A stretch of DNA of 64,000 bases, taken from NCBI GenBank assembly GCA_965228195.1, contig OZ245797.1, forward strand, positions 1,417,771 to 1,481,770. The letters are read 5' to 3'. The position numbers were made by a program, and so were the translations under genes. The notes under the pieces are model-generated. The model saw only the letters and a list, made by a program, of their open reading frames with translations. It had not been told where the DNA came from and did not search any database. Of this stretch, positions 55,907 through 64,000 are shown piece after piece (the first letter of the stretch is position 1; each line of letters begins with the position of its first letter). Source of the DNA: Candidatus Cloacimonadales bacterium (GTDB taxonomy: Bacteria; Cloacimonadota; Cloacimonadia; G963667145).

Positions 55907-57925
55907 ATGAAAGCGACTCGTAATTTTTTCTTGGTAGGAGGTCAAGGCGCTGGCAAGACCACCTTTTGCGAACAGGTGCTGGCTAAGGCTGGCGTTATCG
56001 GTAGAGCCGGTAGCGTTGCCGATGGTAATACGGTGATGGATTTTTCGGCTCAGGAGATTGAGCAGCAAAGTTCGATAAACTTGTCGTTGGCGCAGTTCGA
56101 TTGGAAAGGGACCAAGGTGAACTTGATCGACACGCCGGGGAATCCTGATTTTGTGGGCGAACAGATGGTGGCGACCAAAGCGGCTGAATCGGCAGTTATT
56201 TTTGCCAGTGCCAGTGCGGGTTATCAAGCTAGTTTGGAGTTGTCTATTGGCAAACTGGAGGTCATCCCTTCTGTGTGCAAGGCGATTGTGATAAACAAGA
56301 TGGACCAAAAAGATGCCGACTTCGATGGCGTTTTGCAACAGATTAAGGAGCGTTCCAACTTGTCTCCCGCTCCGATTTGTATTCCCATAGGTCAAGGTAG
56401 CGATTTTCAGGGCGTGGTGCATCTGATTAAGCAAAAAGCTTTTATTGATGGTAAAGAGCAAGCGGTGCCGCAGCAAATGAAGAGCAAGGTGCAGGAGGCT
56501 CTGGAGATGCTCAACGAGGCGGTTGCTCAGACCTCGGAGCAGATGTTGGATGTTTATCTGGAGAAGGGTGAACTGGATCAAGAGCAGTTGTTGCAAGGAC
56601 TGAAAGCGGGCATTCGTGAGGGTCAGATTACGCCGGTGTTCGCTTGCGCGGCTAGTTTGGGCAAGGCTGTGGGCGTGAGTTTGGACTGCCTTATAAGGGA
56701 GTTGCCTTCGCCTTTGGAAGATAACCAGATCAAGGTGATCAAAGACGGTCAGGCGAGTGTGGTCGAAGCCTCAGACGACGCTCCGACGCTGGCTTATATT
56801 TACAAAACTATCTCGGAAGAGTCGGTTGGCACGGTCTGTTTTGTGCGAGTGATGGCAGGCAAGTTGCAAGCTGGTGAGAGTTTGCATGTCCCTGAGACGG
56901 GGAAGAAGGTTAAGATTGGTTCGCTGCACAAGACCGTGGGCAAAAAGAGAAAAGAGGTGCAGGAGTTGACGGCTGGACAACTGGGGGTTTTGGTGAAGCT
57001 CAAAGATTGTCAAAGTTTGAACACCTTGAGCAAAGATGGTAGTTTGCAGGTGCAACCGCCGATTTTGCCCTCACCTTATGTGTGGCGAACGATTGTGGCT
57101 GAGTCGCAAGATGATGAGAACAAGCTGGGCGAGGTGCTAGACAAGGTGTTGCACGAGGATAAAACTTTGCATCTGGACTATAACCAGAAGACGCGCCAGT
57201 CGGTGCTTTCGGGCATTAGTTTGACGCAGTTGGAGATGATCAAGAAGAAGCTGAGCGATCTTTACAATGTCAAGTGTAACTTGCAAGAGCCAAGGGTGCC
57301 TTATATGGAGACGATTAACAAGAATGCCCAGAGCCACTATCGGCACAAGAAGCAGTCGGGTGGTCGAGGTCAATTTGCCGAGGTTTACTTTCGCATATCG
57401 CCGGTAAAAAGGGGCGATGGGTTCAAGTTCAAATCTTCGATCGTCGGTGGAGTGATCCCCAAAGGGTTTATCCCCGCTATCGAAAAAGGTTTAAAAGAGA
57501 CGGTCGCCAAAGGCATCGTGGCTGGTTATCCTGTTACCGATATGATGGTGGAGGTGCACGACGGCTCTTACCACACGGTCGACTCTAGCGAGGCTGCTTT
57601 CAAGACCGCTGCTTCTATGGCGCTCAAAGAAGGGTTTATGGAGGCTCAGCCGGTGATTTTGGAGCCTATTCACAATGTGAAGATAAATGTGCCGGCGGAG
57701 TATATGGGCGATGTTATCAGCGATCTATCCTCGCGCCGAGGAATGGTGAGTGGGATGAGTCAAAAGGGTAAAAATCAGGTGATCGAGGCTTCTTTGCCGC
57801 TCTCGGAGCTGTTCAGTTATTTTCCTACTTTGAAATCTTTGACTCAGGGCAGAGGTAGGTTTGTGCAAGAGTTTTCGCATTATCAAATAATGCAGCCAGA
57901 TCTGGCAAAGAGGTTGATGGCATAG
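55907..57925 (+). CDS. EF-G-like translational GTPase paralogue with Asn in place of the catalytic His
   Basis: G1 GGQGAGKTT, G3 DTPGNPDF (canonical DTPGHxDF), G4 NKMD, and domain IV loop GSYHTVDSSE. ATG 55907 lies 10 nt after AAGGAG, and GTG 55898 is also possible. Confidence 0.85.
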   Translation: MKATRNFFLVGGQGAGKTTFCEQVLAKAGVIGRAGSVADGNTVMDFSAQEIEQQSSINLSLAQFDWKGTKVNLIDTPGNPDFVGEQMVATKAAESAVIFASASAGYQASLELSIGKLEVIPSVCKAIVINKMDQKDADFDGVLQQIKERSNLSPAPICIPIGQGSDFQGVVHLIKQKAFIDGKEQAVPQQMKSKVQEALEMLNEAVAQTSEQMLDVYLEKGELDQEQLLQGLKAGIREGQITPVFACAASLGKAVGVSLDCLIRELPSPLEDNQIKVIKDGQASVVEASDDAPTLAYIYKTISEESVGTVCFVRVMAGKLQAGESLHVPETGKKVKIGSLHKTVGKKRKEVQELTAGQLGVLVKLKDCQSLNTLSKDGSLQVQPPILPSPYVWRTIVAESQDDENKLGEVLDKVLHEDKTLHLDYNQKTRQSVLSGISLTQLEMIKKKLSDLYNVKCNLQEPRVPYMETINKNAQSHYRHKKQSGGRGQFAEVYFRISPVKRGDGFKFKSSIVGGVIPKGFIPAIEKGLKETVAKGIVAGYPVTDMMVEVHDGSYHTVDSSEAAFKTAASMALKEGFMEAQPVILEPIHNVKINVPAEYMGDVISDLSSRRGMVSGMSQKGKNQVIEASLPLSELFSYFPTLKSLTQGRGRFVQEFSHYQIMQPDLAKRLMA

Positions 57926-57952
57926 GTCTGACACTAAAATGGTGTCAGACCT
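57924..57952 (+). terminator. Hairpin overlapping the EF-G-like stop codon (AGGTCTGACAC / GTGTCAGACCT); possible terminator
   Basis: Perfect 11-bp stem with a 7-nt loop. A T-run follows about 25 nt later (57976-57984). Confidence 0.45.
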
Positions 57953-58100
57953 ACTTGGATTTGATAGTCGGGTTGCTTTTTTTTTGCTTTCAGCCAATAT
58001 GTCACCTTTCTTTGTTTATTCACCTACGTTGAGTTATTCTTTCTTGCAGGGAAGGTAAGCATCCTTTCCCTTCCTTATTTTGCTAAGTAAATTATTATTG

Positions 58101-58795
58101 CTTTCTCCTGCGGAGGGCTTACTCTTTTCGGATTGCCGAAAAGAGTAACAGAAAAGACAACTCCGCTTCAAAGCGCCAGCGACGGGGCGTGTCACCAGCA
58201 GAGTAAAAAAGTGTGGTTGTTCCCGTTTATTACCCGTAGTCTTGTTATTTTCTGCTTTTGGTTTTGCATCTTTACTGAGAAAGCGATTTTTGTCGCTGGC
58301 TTATCAATGTAACTAAAATAAGAAGACCCCTTTAAGCGGAGATTGTCCCACAGCTTTGTCGCTCCCGCTCCAAAGCAATTGATAAGTTATATTAAATAAT
58401 TGTTAATTAAAAATAAAAGTGAAAAAATTGACTACCACTTAGTGGGAAAAGATGGGGTGGATTTTTTCGCTTTTAACTCTTATTTTCTGGCACCAAAATA
58501 TAAGCAAAGAATGATTGCAACTATTTTGGTGTCAGATTTGGGATGGTATTCTCCGCTTCACTGGGGTCACTCATTTTCACTTACTCAGTTGAGCAGAGAC
58601 ACTTGGCACTCTCGTAAGGTGTTGAAAACGAAAGACCAAAGTGATTAGCCTAATCAGGAAAAAATCTCGGAGATGCTCTGCGCCACGGTAATCTTTAAAC
58701 ATCTCACGAACCGTCTCTAGCGAGTTGAAGCGGAGGGCGTTTTCTTTTCTCTCCCCTCTCTTTTCGTTGAGCGTTCAACGAAAAGAGAGGGTCTG
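58101..58795. repeat. Composite structured repeat, copy C (reverse orientation, rearranged: rcM3/4 - rcM1 - hairpin - rcM2)
   Basis: 58101-58350 is the reverse complement of 16500-16770. 58352-58470 is the reverse complement of 16070-16200. Hairpin at 58487-58535. 58545-58791 is the reverse complement of 16223-16470. Confidence 0.9.
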
Positions 58796-58961
58796 GCTGA
58801 AAGCCAAGAACCCAAAAGAAAAGTAAAAAACTCCTCGCCTTTAGGCGACAAAACCACTTCCCAAAAATAATACTGGACAATTTTCAACCAAATCTTTTGT
58901 CAGAGTTAAAAAAGACGAACTTGTTTAAGGTGGTTTTATCAAAAAAAGGTATTGAGGTGTT

Positions 58962-59504
58962 ATGAAAATTTGTGTTTATTGTGCGTCGGCAGAAGAGATT
59001 GAGCAAGGTTACAAAGATGCTGCCAAGGAGCTGGGGGAAAAGATGGTCGCCCGTGGGCATACTCTGGTGTATGGTGGAGGAGATGTGGGGCTTATGGGCG
59101 AGCTAGCTCGAAGCATTAAGGCAAAAGCTGGTTACACTCTAGGGGTTATCCCGCATAAGCTCAAAGATCTAGAGCTGGCTTACAAAGGTGCTAGCCAGAT
59201 GATTTTCACCGAAAATATGCGGGTGCGCAAGTCGGTGATGCAAGATAACGCCGATGGTTTCATCGCTCTGCCGGGCGGATACGGAACGCTGGAGGAGGTG
59301 CTGGAGATGATAACTTTGCGCAAGCTGGGTTACCACCAAAAGCCGATTGTTTTCTTGAATACGGCTGGCTTTTACGACAAGTTTTTGGAGTTTATCAGCT
59401 TTACGATCGAGCAGCGCTTTTCGGCTGCCGACAACCTTTTTGAAGTTGCGGACAGCCCAGAGCAAGCCCTTGCTTTGTTAGAGGTAGCTATCCTCAAACC
59501 TTAA
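58962..59504 (+). CDS. LOG-family protein (TIGR00730-type nucleotide phosphoribohydrolase)
   Basis: 180 aa with VYGGGDVGLMG and PGGYGTLEE. Confidence 0.85.
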   Translation: MKICVYCASAEEIEQGYKDAAKELGEKMVARGHTLVYGGGDVGLMGELARSIKAKAGYTLGVIPHKLKDLELAYKGASQMIFTENMRVRKSVMQDNADGFIALPGGYGTLEEVLEMITLRKLGYHQKPIVFLNTAGFYDKFLEFISFTIEQRFSAADNLFEVADSPEQALALLEVAILKP

Positions 59505-59529
59505 ATTACCAACCTTTAGACGATTTAAC

Positions 59530-60921
59530 TTAGCTTTTTTGGCGAAACTTTTCCAGTAAACTTTGCGCTAAGGTGATACTTTTTTCGACAGCAGCAGCAG
59601 CTGGTCCTCCGAGCAAATCTCGCTTGTTTACGCAGGTTTGCAAGCTGATGGCAGGGTAGATATCTTCGCTGAAAATCGGTGAGAACTTTTGGAATTGAGC
59701 CAAAGTCATCGTCTCGATGTTGATCTTCTCTTCTAAGCAGTAAAAAACGATCTGCCCGACGATGTGGTGAGCCTTCCGGAAAGGCAGCCCCTTCTTTGCC
59801 AGATAGTCGGCAACATCGGTGGCGTTGGTGAAGCCGCCTTTGGCTGCGCTCAGCATCTTCTTCTCGTTTATTTTCATGGTGGCAAGCATCGGTGAGATGG
59901 TCAAAAGGCATCCTTTGAGCGTGTCGATGGTGTCGAAAAAGCTCTCTTTGTCCTCCTGCATATCTTTGTTGTAAGCTAAGGGCAAAGATTTGAGCGTGGT
60001 GAGAATGCCCAGCAAGTTTCCATAAACTCGCCCGGTTTTGCCTCTGATCAGCTCGGCGACATCGGGGTTTTTCTTTTGAGGCATGATGCTCGAGCCGGTG
60101 GAGTAGGCGTCGTCTAGGGTGATAAACCCAAATTCGTCGCTAGACCAGAGGATGATCTCCTCACAGAGTCGTGAGAAGTGCATCATCAAGATGGAGGCAG
60201 CTGCTTGAAACTCGACGATGTGGTCGCGGTCGCTGACGCCGTCCAGGGAGTTGTGAGTGACATCGGCAAACCCCAGCTCTTTGGCTACCATTGGTCTGTC
60301 CAGAGCAAAAGTTGTGGTCGCCAAAGCTCCTGAGCCTAGAGGACAAGTGTCGGCGCGGCGCTGGCAGTCGGCAAATCTGCCCAAATCTCTTTGGAACATA
60401 AAGAAGTAAGCCATAATGTGATGAGCGAAGGTGATCGGCTGCGCCTTTTGCAGATGGGTGTAGCCGGGCATTATTGTGGTAAGATTTTGGCGAGCGATCT
60501 TCAAAATCGTCTCTTGCAAATCTACGAGCAAGCTTTGCAAGTTTCCAACCTCTTTTTTGAGGTAAAGCTTGATATCCAGAGCCACTTGGTCGTTGCGAGA
60601 TCTACCCGTGTGGAGCTTCTTGCCCACGCTTCCGAGCTTGGCAGTAAGCAAAGTTTCGATGTTCATATGGATATCTTCGGCAGCGGGGTCAAACTCGATC
60701 TTGCCAGCGGCGATCTCTTTGCTCAGCTCTTTTAGTCCAGCCACCAGCTTAGCGGACTCTTCTGGCGAGACTATTTTTTGCGCTCCCAGCATCTTGGCGT
60801 GCGCCAGAGAGCCTTGAATATCTTCTTGGTAAAGCTTTTGATCGAACCCAATCGACGAATGGAAATCTTCCACTAACTTGTCGGTTTGCTTTTGAAATCT
60901 ACCACCCCAAAGTTTACTCAT
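59530..60921 (-). CDS. argH: Argininosuccinate lyase
   Basis: 463 aa with MSKLWGGRF, TGRSRNDQV and GSSIMPQKKNPD. Confidence 0.95.
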   Translation of the reverse strand: MSKLWGGRFQKQTDKLVEDFHSSIGFDQKLYQEDIQGSLAHAKMLGAQKIVSPEESAKLVAGLKELSKEIAAGKIEFDPAAEDIHMNIETLLTAKLGSVGKKLHTGRSRNDQVALDIKLYLKKEVGNLQSLLVDLQETILKIARQNLTTIMPGYTHLQKAQPITFAHHIMAYFFMFQRDLGRFADCQRRADTCPLGSGALATTTFALDRPMVAKELGFADVTHNSLDGVSDRDHIVEFQAAASILMMHFSRLCEEIILWSSDEFGFITLDDAYSTGSSIMPQKKNPDVAELIRGKTGRVYGNLLGILTTLKSLPLAYNKDMQEDKESFFDTIDTLKGCLLTISPMLATMKINEKKMLSAAKGGFTNATDVADYLAKKGLPFRKAHHIVGQIVFYCLEEKINIETMTLAQFQKFSPIFSEDIYPAISLQTCVNKRDLLGGPAAAAVEKSITLAQSLLEKFRQKS

Positions 60922-61130
60922 TTTGTTCCCTCTTGATTTTAAAATTTGTTAAAAAATCTAAAAACGGTGCGATATGTCAAGGCAAATAAAGAAGAAGAGT
61001 TTACTCTTTATGATGTAGAAGATAACTATATTTGATTGACAAAGTTCTTTTGGACAAAAGTCTTAAATTAGAAGGATGAATAGCTAAAAAACAGGTAATA
61101 TTTTGGTGGTGAATATTTTAAAAGATAATT

Positions 61131-61740
61131 CTAAGATAATTTTTGCATATCAATCTTCACCACGCCCACTTTTCGTTTGGTGGCAACGATTTTTGTCCTC
61201 AGACGGTGGTTTTGCAGCCGAGCCAGAGGGTAGAGGGCGTATCCGCTACCTCCTGGGGATAAACATCGCTCAGTGGCATCCAGCACCTGCTCTTGGGTGC
61301 ATTTGATCTCGAAGCGGGCGATTTGTTTGCCTTGGTCTTGGGGCATCTTGCCCGAGTTGACGGGGAAAAAGGGTGGATTGCAGACGACAAGGTCGTATTT
61401 TTGGCGGTGAGAGTTCAGATCTTGGCAGATAAAATTTGTTTCTAATTGGCAGATTTGGGCGTTTTTTTTAGCCAGTTGGATAAGGTTTGCTTGGATGTCA
61501 ACTCCGCAAATATCCCAAAAGGGGCGAGCCAGTTTGAGCATAAAAGCTAAGATGCCGCAACCACAACCTAAATCTAAAACCTTGAGGTTTTCTTGGGGAT
61601 GATTTTTTAAGACCGTTTCCACCAAGAAGTTGCCGTCGCTGGAGATAGCTTGTCCTGCCGAGGTTTGATAGATGAACCTTTTTTTGCCCGGCAAGATGAC
61701 TTTTTGCAGAGTGGAGGCAGGAGCCGCTATAGTTCTATCC
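61131..61740 (-). CDS. SAM-dependent N6-adenine-type methyltransferase (TrmN6/YfiC-like); start uncertain
   Basis: VLDLGCGCGILA (motif I) and VVCNPPFF (motif IV). The tracked ORF runs on through hisH. TTG at 61740 is the first plausible start after the hisH stop. Confidence 0.65.
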
Positions 61741-62323
61741 AATTTTTCAGGAGTTGCAGTCCCGCTGTGCCGCTTTTTTCGGGGTGAAACTGGGTGCCGT
61801 AGATGTTGCCTTTTTGTAAGATCGCCCCGAAAGTCGTCTGGTAGTGGCAAGTCGCCAAGATGTCGTCTTGGTTTTTGGCTTTGGGGTAGTAGCTGTGGAC
61901 GAAATAGAAGTTGCTTTGCTGGGCGATGTTGGCAAAGATGGGGTCTTGTCGTTGGAACGAGATTTGGTTCCAGCCCATTTGAGGCACTCTTTGGCAGGTG
62001 AACTTCTGGCACTTCCCTTTGAAAAATCCAAACCCTTTTGCCGATGGTGCTTCGGTGCTGCCTTCCATCAGCAGTTGTAACCCCACACAGATGCCCAAGA
62101 AAGGCTTGTCTTGCTTGATCCAGTCCAAAAGGGTAAGGTAGCAGCCCGATTTTTCTAGCTTGGTGCTGGCTTGTCCGAAGTGTCCGACCCCGGGCAAGAT
62201 GATCTTGTCCGCTTTTTGCAAATCTTGTGGTGATGAGGCGATGATGTGCTTGGCGTTGAGGTAGTTTAGGGCGTTTTGCACAGAGTGGAGGTTGCCGGCT
62301 CCATAGTCGATTATGGCAATCAT
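61727..62323 (-). CDS. hisH: Imidazole glycerol phosphate synthase, glutamine amidotransferase subunit
   Basis: MIAIIDYGAGNLHSV, GICVGLQ and HSY. Confidence 0.95.
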   Translation of the reverse strand: MIAIIDYGAGNLHSVQNALNYLNAKHIIASSPQDLQKADKIILPGVGHFGQASTKLEKSGCYLTLLDWIKQDKPFLGICVGLQLLMEGSTEAPSAKGFGFFKGKCQKFTCQRVPQMGWNQISFQRQDPIFANIAQQSNFYFVHSYYPKAKNQDDILATCHYQTTFGAILQKGNIYGTQFHPEKSGTAGLQLLKNWIEL

Positions 62324-63174
62324 TGTTTCCCCTTTTGGTTTTTAATCAGCAAATACGAACTCAGCGGGACGCCGATGTGGTCGGCGATCACTTGGCATTT
62401 GGCTTTGAGGAAGAAGTAGATGGGCAAGTTCGTGTCGGAAAGAGCTTCGTAGTTGCCTTGCCCTTTGCTGATGATCAGATCCGCTTCTGCCAAACATCTT
62501 TGGAAGTCGGCTGAGCAAAGTTCGGGCACGGTTCCAGGAGTTTGCGCTCCCGAGCTGACCACGGTTGCCACGCTGTCCAAGCCGATCTTTTTTGCCCAGT
62601 GGATGGTGATGTCGTTGATCACGGGCCGATGGCGAGTGGCGTAGATTATCGGTTTGTTTATCTGCTCGATGAGCAGCTTGTCGAAAACCCCCTCGGCGGT
62701 GTTGTCACCTAAGTAGACGATTTTTTTGGCTGTTTGCACATCTTGGGCGAACTCGTCGAAGTCGTCGATGGTAAAATCGGCACTCAGCACGCTTTGCAGA
62801 TCTTGGCCCAGATCGAAGATTTGATGGGCGCCTAGGTCAATGACGTTGCCGGCGATAGCCAGACGACAGGCGGTGAAGAGCGGGTCTTTTGCCTCTTGGA
62901 GCTTGGTTTGTAATAGCGGCAGGTGTTTGATAGCCTCGGCAACATTTTTCTCTTTTATTTGGGCGTAAGGGTCTTCTTTTTGCAAAAAACTTTTTAGTTG
63001 ATTGTGGATGAAGAAAGCTATCTGGGGGGAGGTGGCACTCACATCAATTTGAGCGAAGAGAGCGCCGGTTTGGTCGATAACTTTCTTTTGAGCCTCTTCG
63101 TCCAATCCGCAGATTTTGGCTAAGTGCAGGGCTTGGCGCAAGAAGCAGGGGAAACACTCTAGATAAGTTTTCAT
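62320..63174 (-). CDS. DUF89 (ARMT1-like) metal-dependent phosphatase family protein
   Basis: N-terminal ECFPCFLRQ motif, 284 aa, with 4-nt overlaps to hisB and hisH. Confidence 0.7.
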   Translation of the reverse strand: MKTYLECFPCFLRQALHLAKICGLDEEAQKKVIDQTGALFAQIDVSATSPQIAFFIHNQLKSFLQKEDPYAQIKEKNVAEAIKHLPLLQTKLQEAKDPLFTACRLAIAGNVIDLGAHQIFDLGQDLQSVLSADFTIDDFDEFAQDVQTAKKIVYLGDNTAEGVFDKLLIEQINKPIIYATRHRPVINDITIHWAKKIGLDSVATVVSSGAQTPGTVPELCSADFQRCLAEADLIISKGQGNYEALSDTNLPIYFFLKAKCQVIADHIGVPLSSYLLIKNQKGKQ

Positions 63175-63761
63175 AAGCTGCCTTTGGTGGAGGGTATTTT
63201 GTCGGTGGCTCTAGGCAAATAAGCACTGGCGAAGCGCAAAGCTTTTGCTAGCGCCTTGAAACAAGCCTCCAGTTTGTGGTGGTCGCTGCGTCCGTAGGGC
63301 ATTCGCACCACCAGATTGGCAGGGATGTTTTGGGCAAGTCCCGCGAAGAAGTCGGGCATCAGGTCCAGATCTAGCTCGCCGCAAAATTGCCGAGCGAACT
63401 GGCAATCGTATTGTAGATAAGCACGACCGCCCAAGTCAACTGCCACCACCGCCAGAGCCTCATCCATCGGATAGACGAAGTAGCCACTGCGCTCGATGCC
63501 TTTCTTGTCGCCCAGAGCCTTGCCGAAAGCTTGCCCTAGAGCGATGCCGACATCTTCCACCAGATGGTGTTGATCCACATGCAGATCGCCCCTGGCTTTC
63601 ACCCGCAGGTCGAAAAGCCCGTGTTTGCACAGCCCCTCTAGCATATGGTCGAAAAATCCGATGCCGGTGTCTATCTGGTAGTTGCCTTCGCCATCCAGCT
63701 TTAGCTCGATCTTTATCTGGGTTTCGTTCGTGTTTCTTTCTATGGTCGCGGTTCTGTTCAT
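63171..63761 (-). CDS. hisB: Imidazoleglycerol-phosphate dehydratase (monofunctional)
   Basis: 196 aa with RNTNETQI, GFFDHML, HHLVEDVGI and DHHK. Confidence 0.95.
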   Translation of the reverse strand: MNRTATIERNTNETQIKIELKLDGEGNYQIDTGIGFFDHMLEGLCKHGLFDLRVKARGDLHVDQHHLVEDVGIALGQAFGKALGDKKGIERSGYFVYPMDEALAVVAVDLGGRAYLQYDCQFARQFCGELDLDLMPDFFAGLAQNIPANLVVRMPYGRSDHHKLEACFKALAKALRFASAYLPRATDKIPSTKGSL

Positions 63762-64000
63762 TCTAGCACCAACTTCTTTATCTCTTTAATGTCGCTCAGG
63801 TGGTAATCTGCGCGCTTGTCTTCCAAAAGGTTGATGGCAACACAATCGGCAGCCAGGGCCGAGCTGATATCGTCCACGGTGTCGCCCACATAGGCGATCA
63901 GCTTCGCTTTGCTTCGATTTTGCAAAAGCTTTAGACCGTAGCCGTCGGGTTTGGGTTTGTCTTGGGTCTCTTCCATGGCTACGATTAGCGGGAAAAATTT
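63758..64000 (-). CDS. HAD-superfamily hydrolase, C-terminal part (gene continues beyond the window)
   Basis: KPKPDGY ... YVGDTVDDI (HAD motifs III/IV). The frame stays open to base 64000. 4-nt overlap with hisB. Confidence 0.6.
   Translation of the reverse strand, partial: KFFPLIVAMEETQDKPKPDGYGLKLLQNRSKAKLIAYVGDTVDDISSALAADCVAINLLEDKRADYHLSDIKEIKKLVLE

Noticed and set aside
55745-56596. 283-aa minus-strand ORF
   Set aside because: It mostly overlaps the EF-G-like gene in antisense. The sequence is Leu/His/Arg-rich with no motif.
61741-62012. N-terminal 90 residues of the tracked 293-aa methyltransferase ORF
   Set aside because: This part lies entirely inside hisH in another frame and is Pro/Arg/Lys-rich with no methyltransferase features. 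The real start must be at or after the hisH stop.

Overview
About 64 kb of bacterial chromosome, annotated by eye from the ORF track and raw sequence with no searches run. Markers of a diderm envelope are present (lnt, lpxH, hldD, tonB-exbBD), alongside an anaerobe-type [FeFe]-hydrogenase. I cannot assign a taxon. Most of the window is tightly packed housekeeping: infC-rpmI-rplT-pheST, zapA, rny-ymdB-folD, xseB-ispA-dut-gltA, nadBAC, recJ-lnt, argH, the his genes and rnpB. Five things stand out. (1) An 11-gene hydrogenase locus at 2.3-12.5 kb has a putative H2-sensing module (DRTGG / SpoIIAB-like ATPase / HydS-like sensor / PHP) upstream of HydA. It carries two NuoE/NuoF pairs instead of one, and HydA has an atypical H-cluster L1 motif (TSCSPGW). 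(2) Two visibly AT-rich accessory islands are present: a three-gene glycosylation island (12.5-16.0 kb) and a tandem pair of mosaic PKD-domain lipoproteins (52.0-55.7 kb). (3) A composite, highly structured non-coding repeat of about 0.6-0.8 kb occurs three times (near 16.0-16.8, 51.4-52.05 and 58.0-58.8 kb). It sits at island boundaries, is built from shuffled modules, and has inverted termini, a perfect 38-40 bp palindrome and a conserved hairpin family. I consider it the most novel-looking signal. (4) An EF-G paralogue lacks the catalytic histidine. (5) Two unusual fusions are present, LRR-RibF and CoaE-AroD-AroE. All functional calls rest on motif recognition and need HMM/BLAST confirmation.
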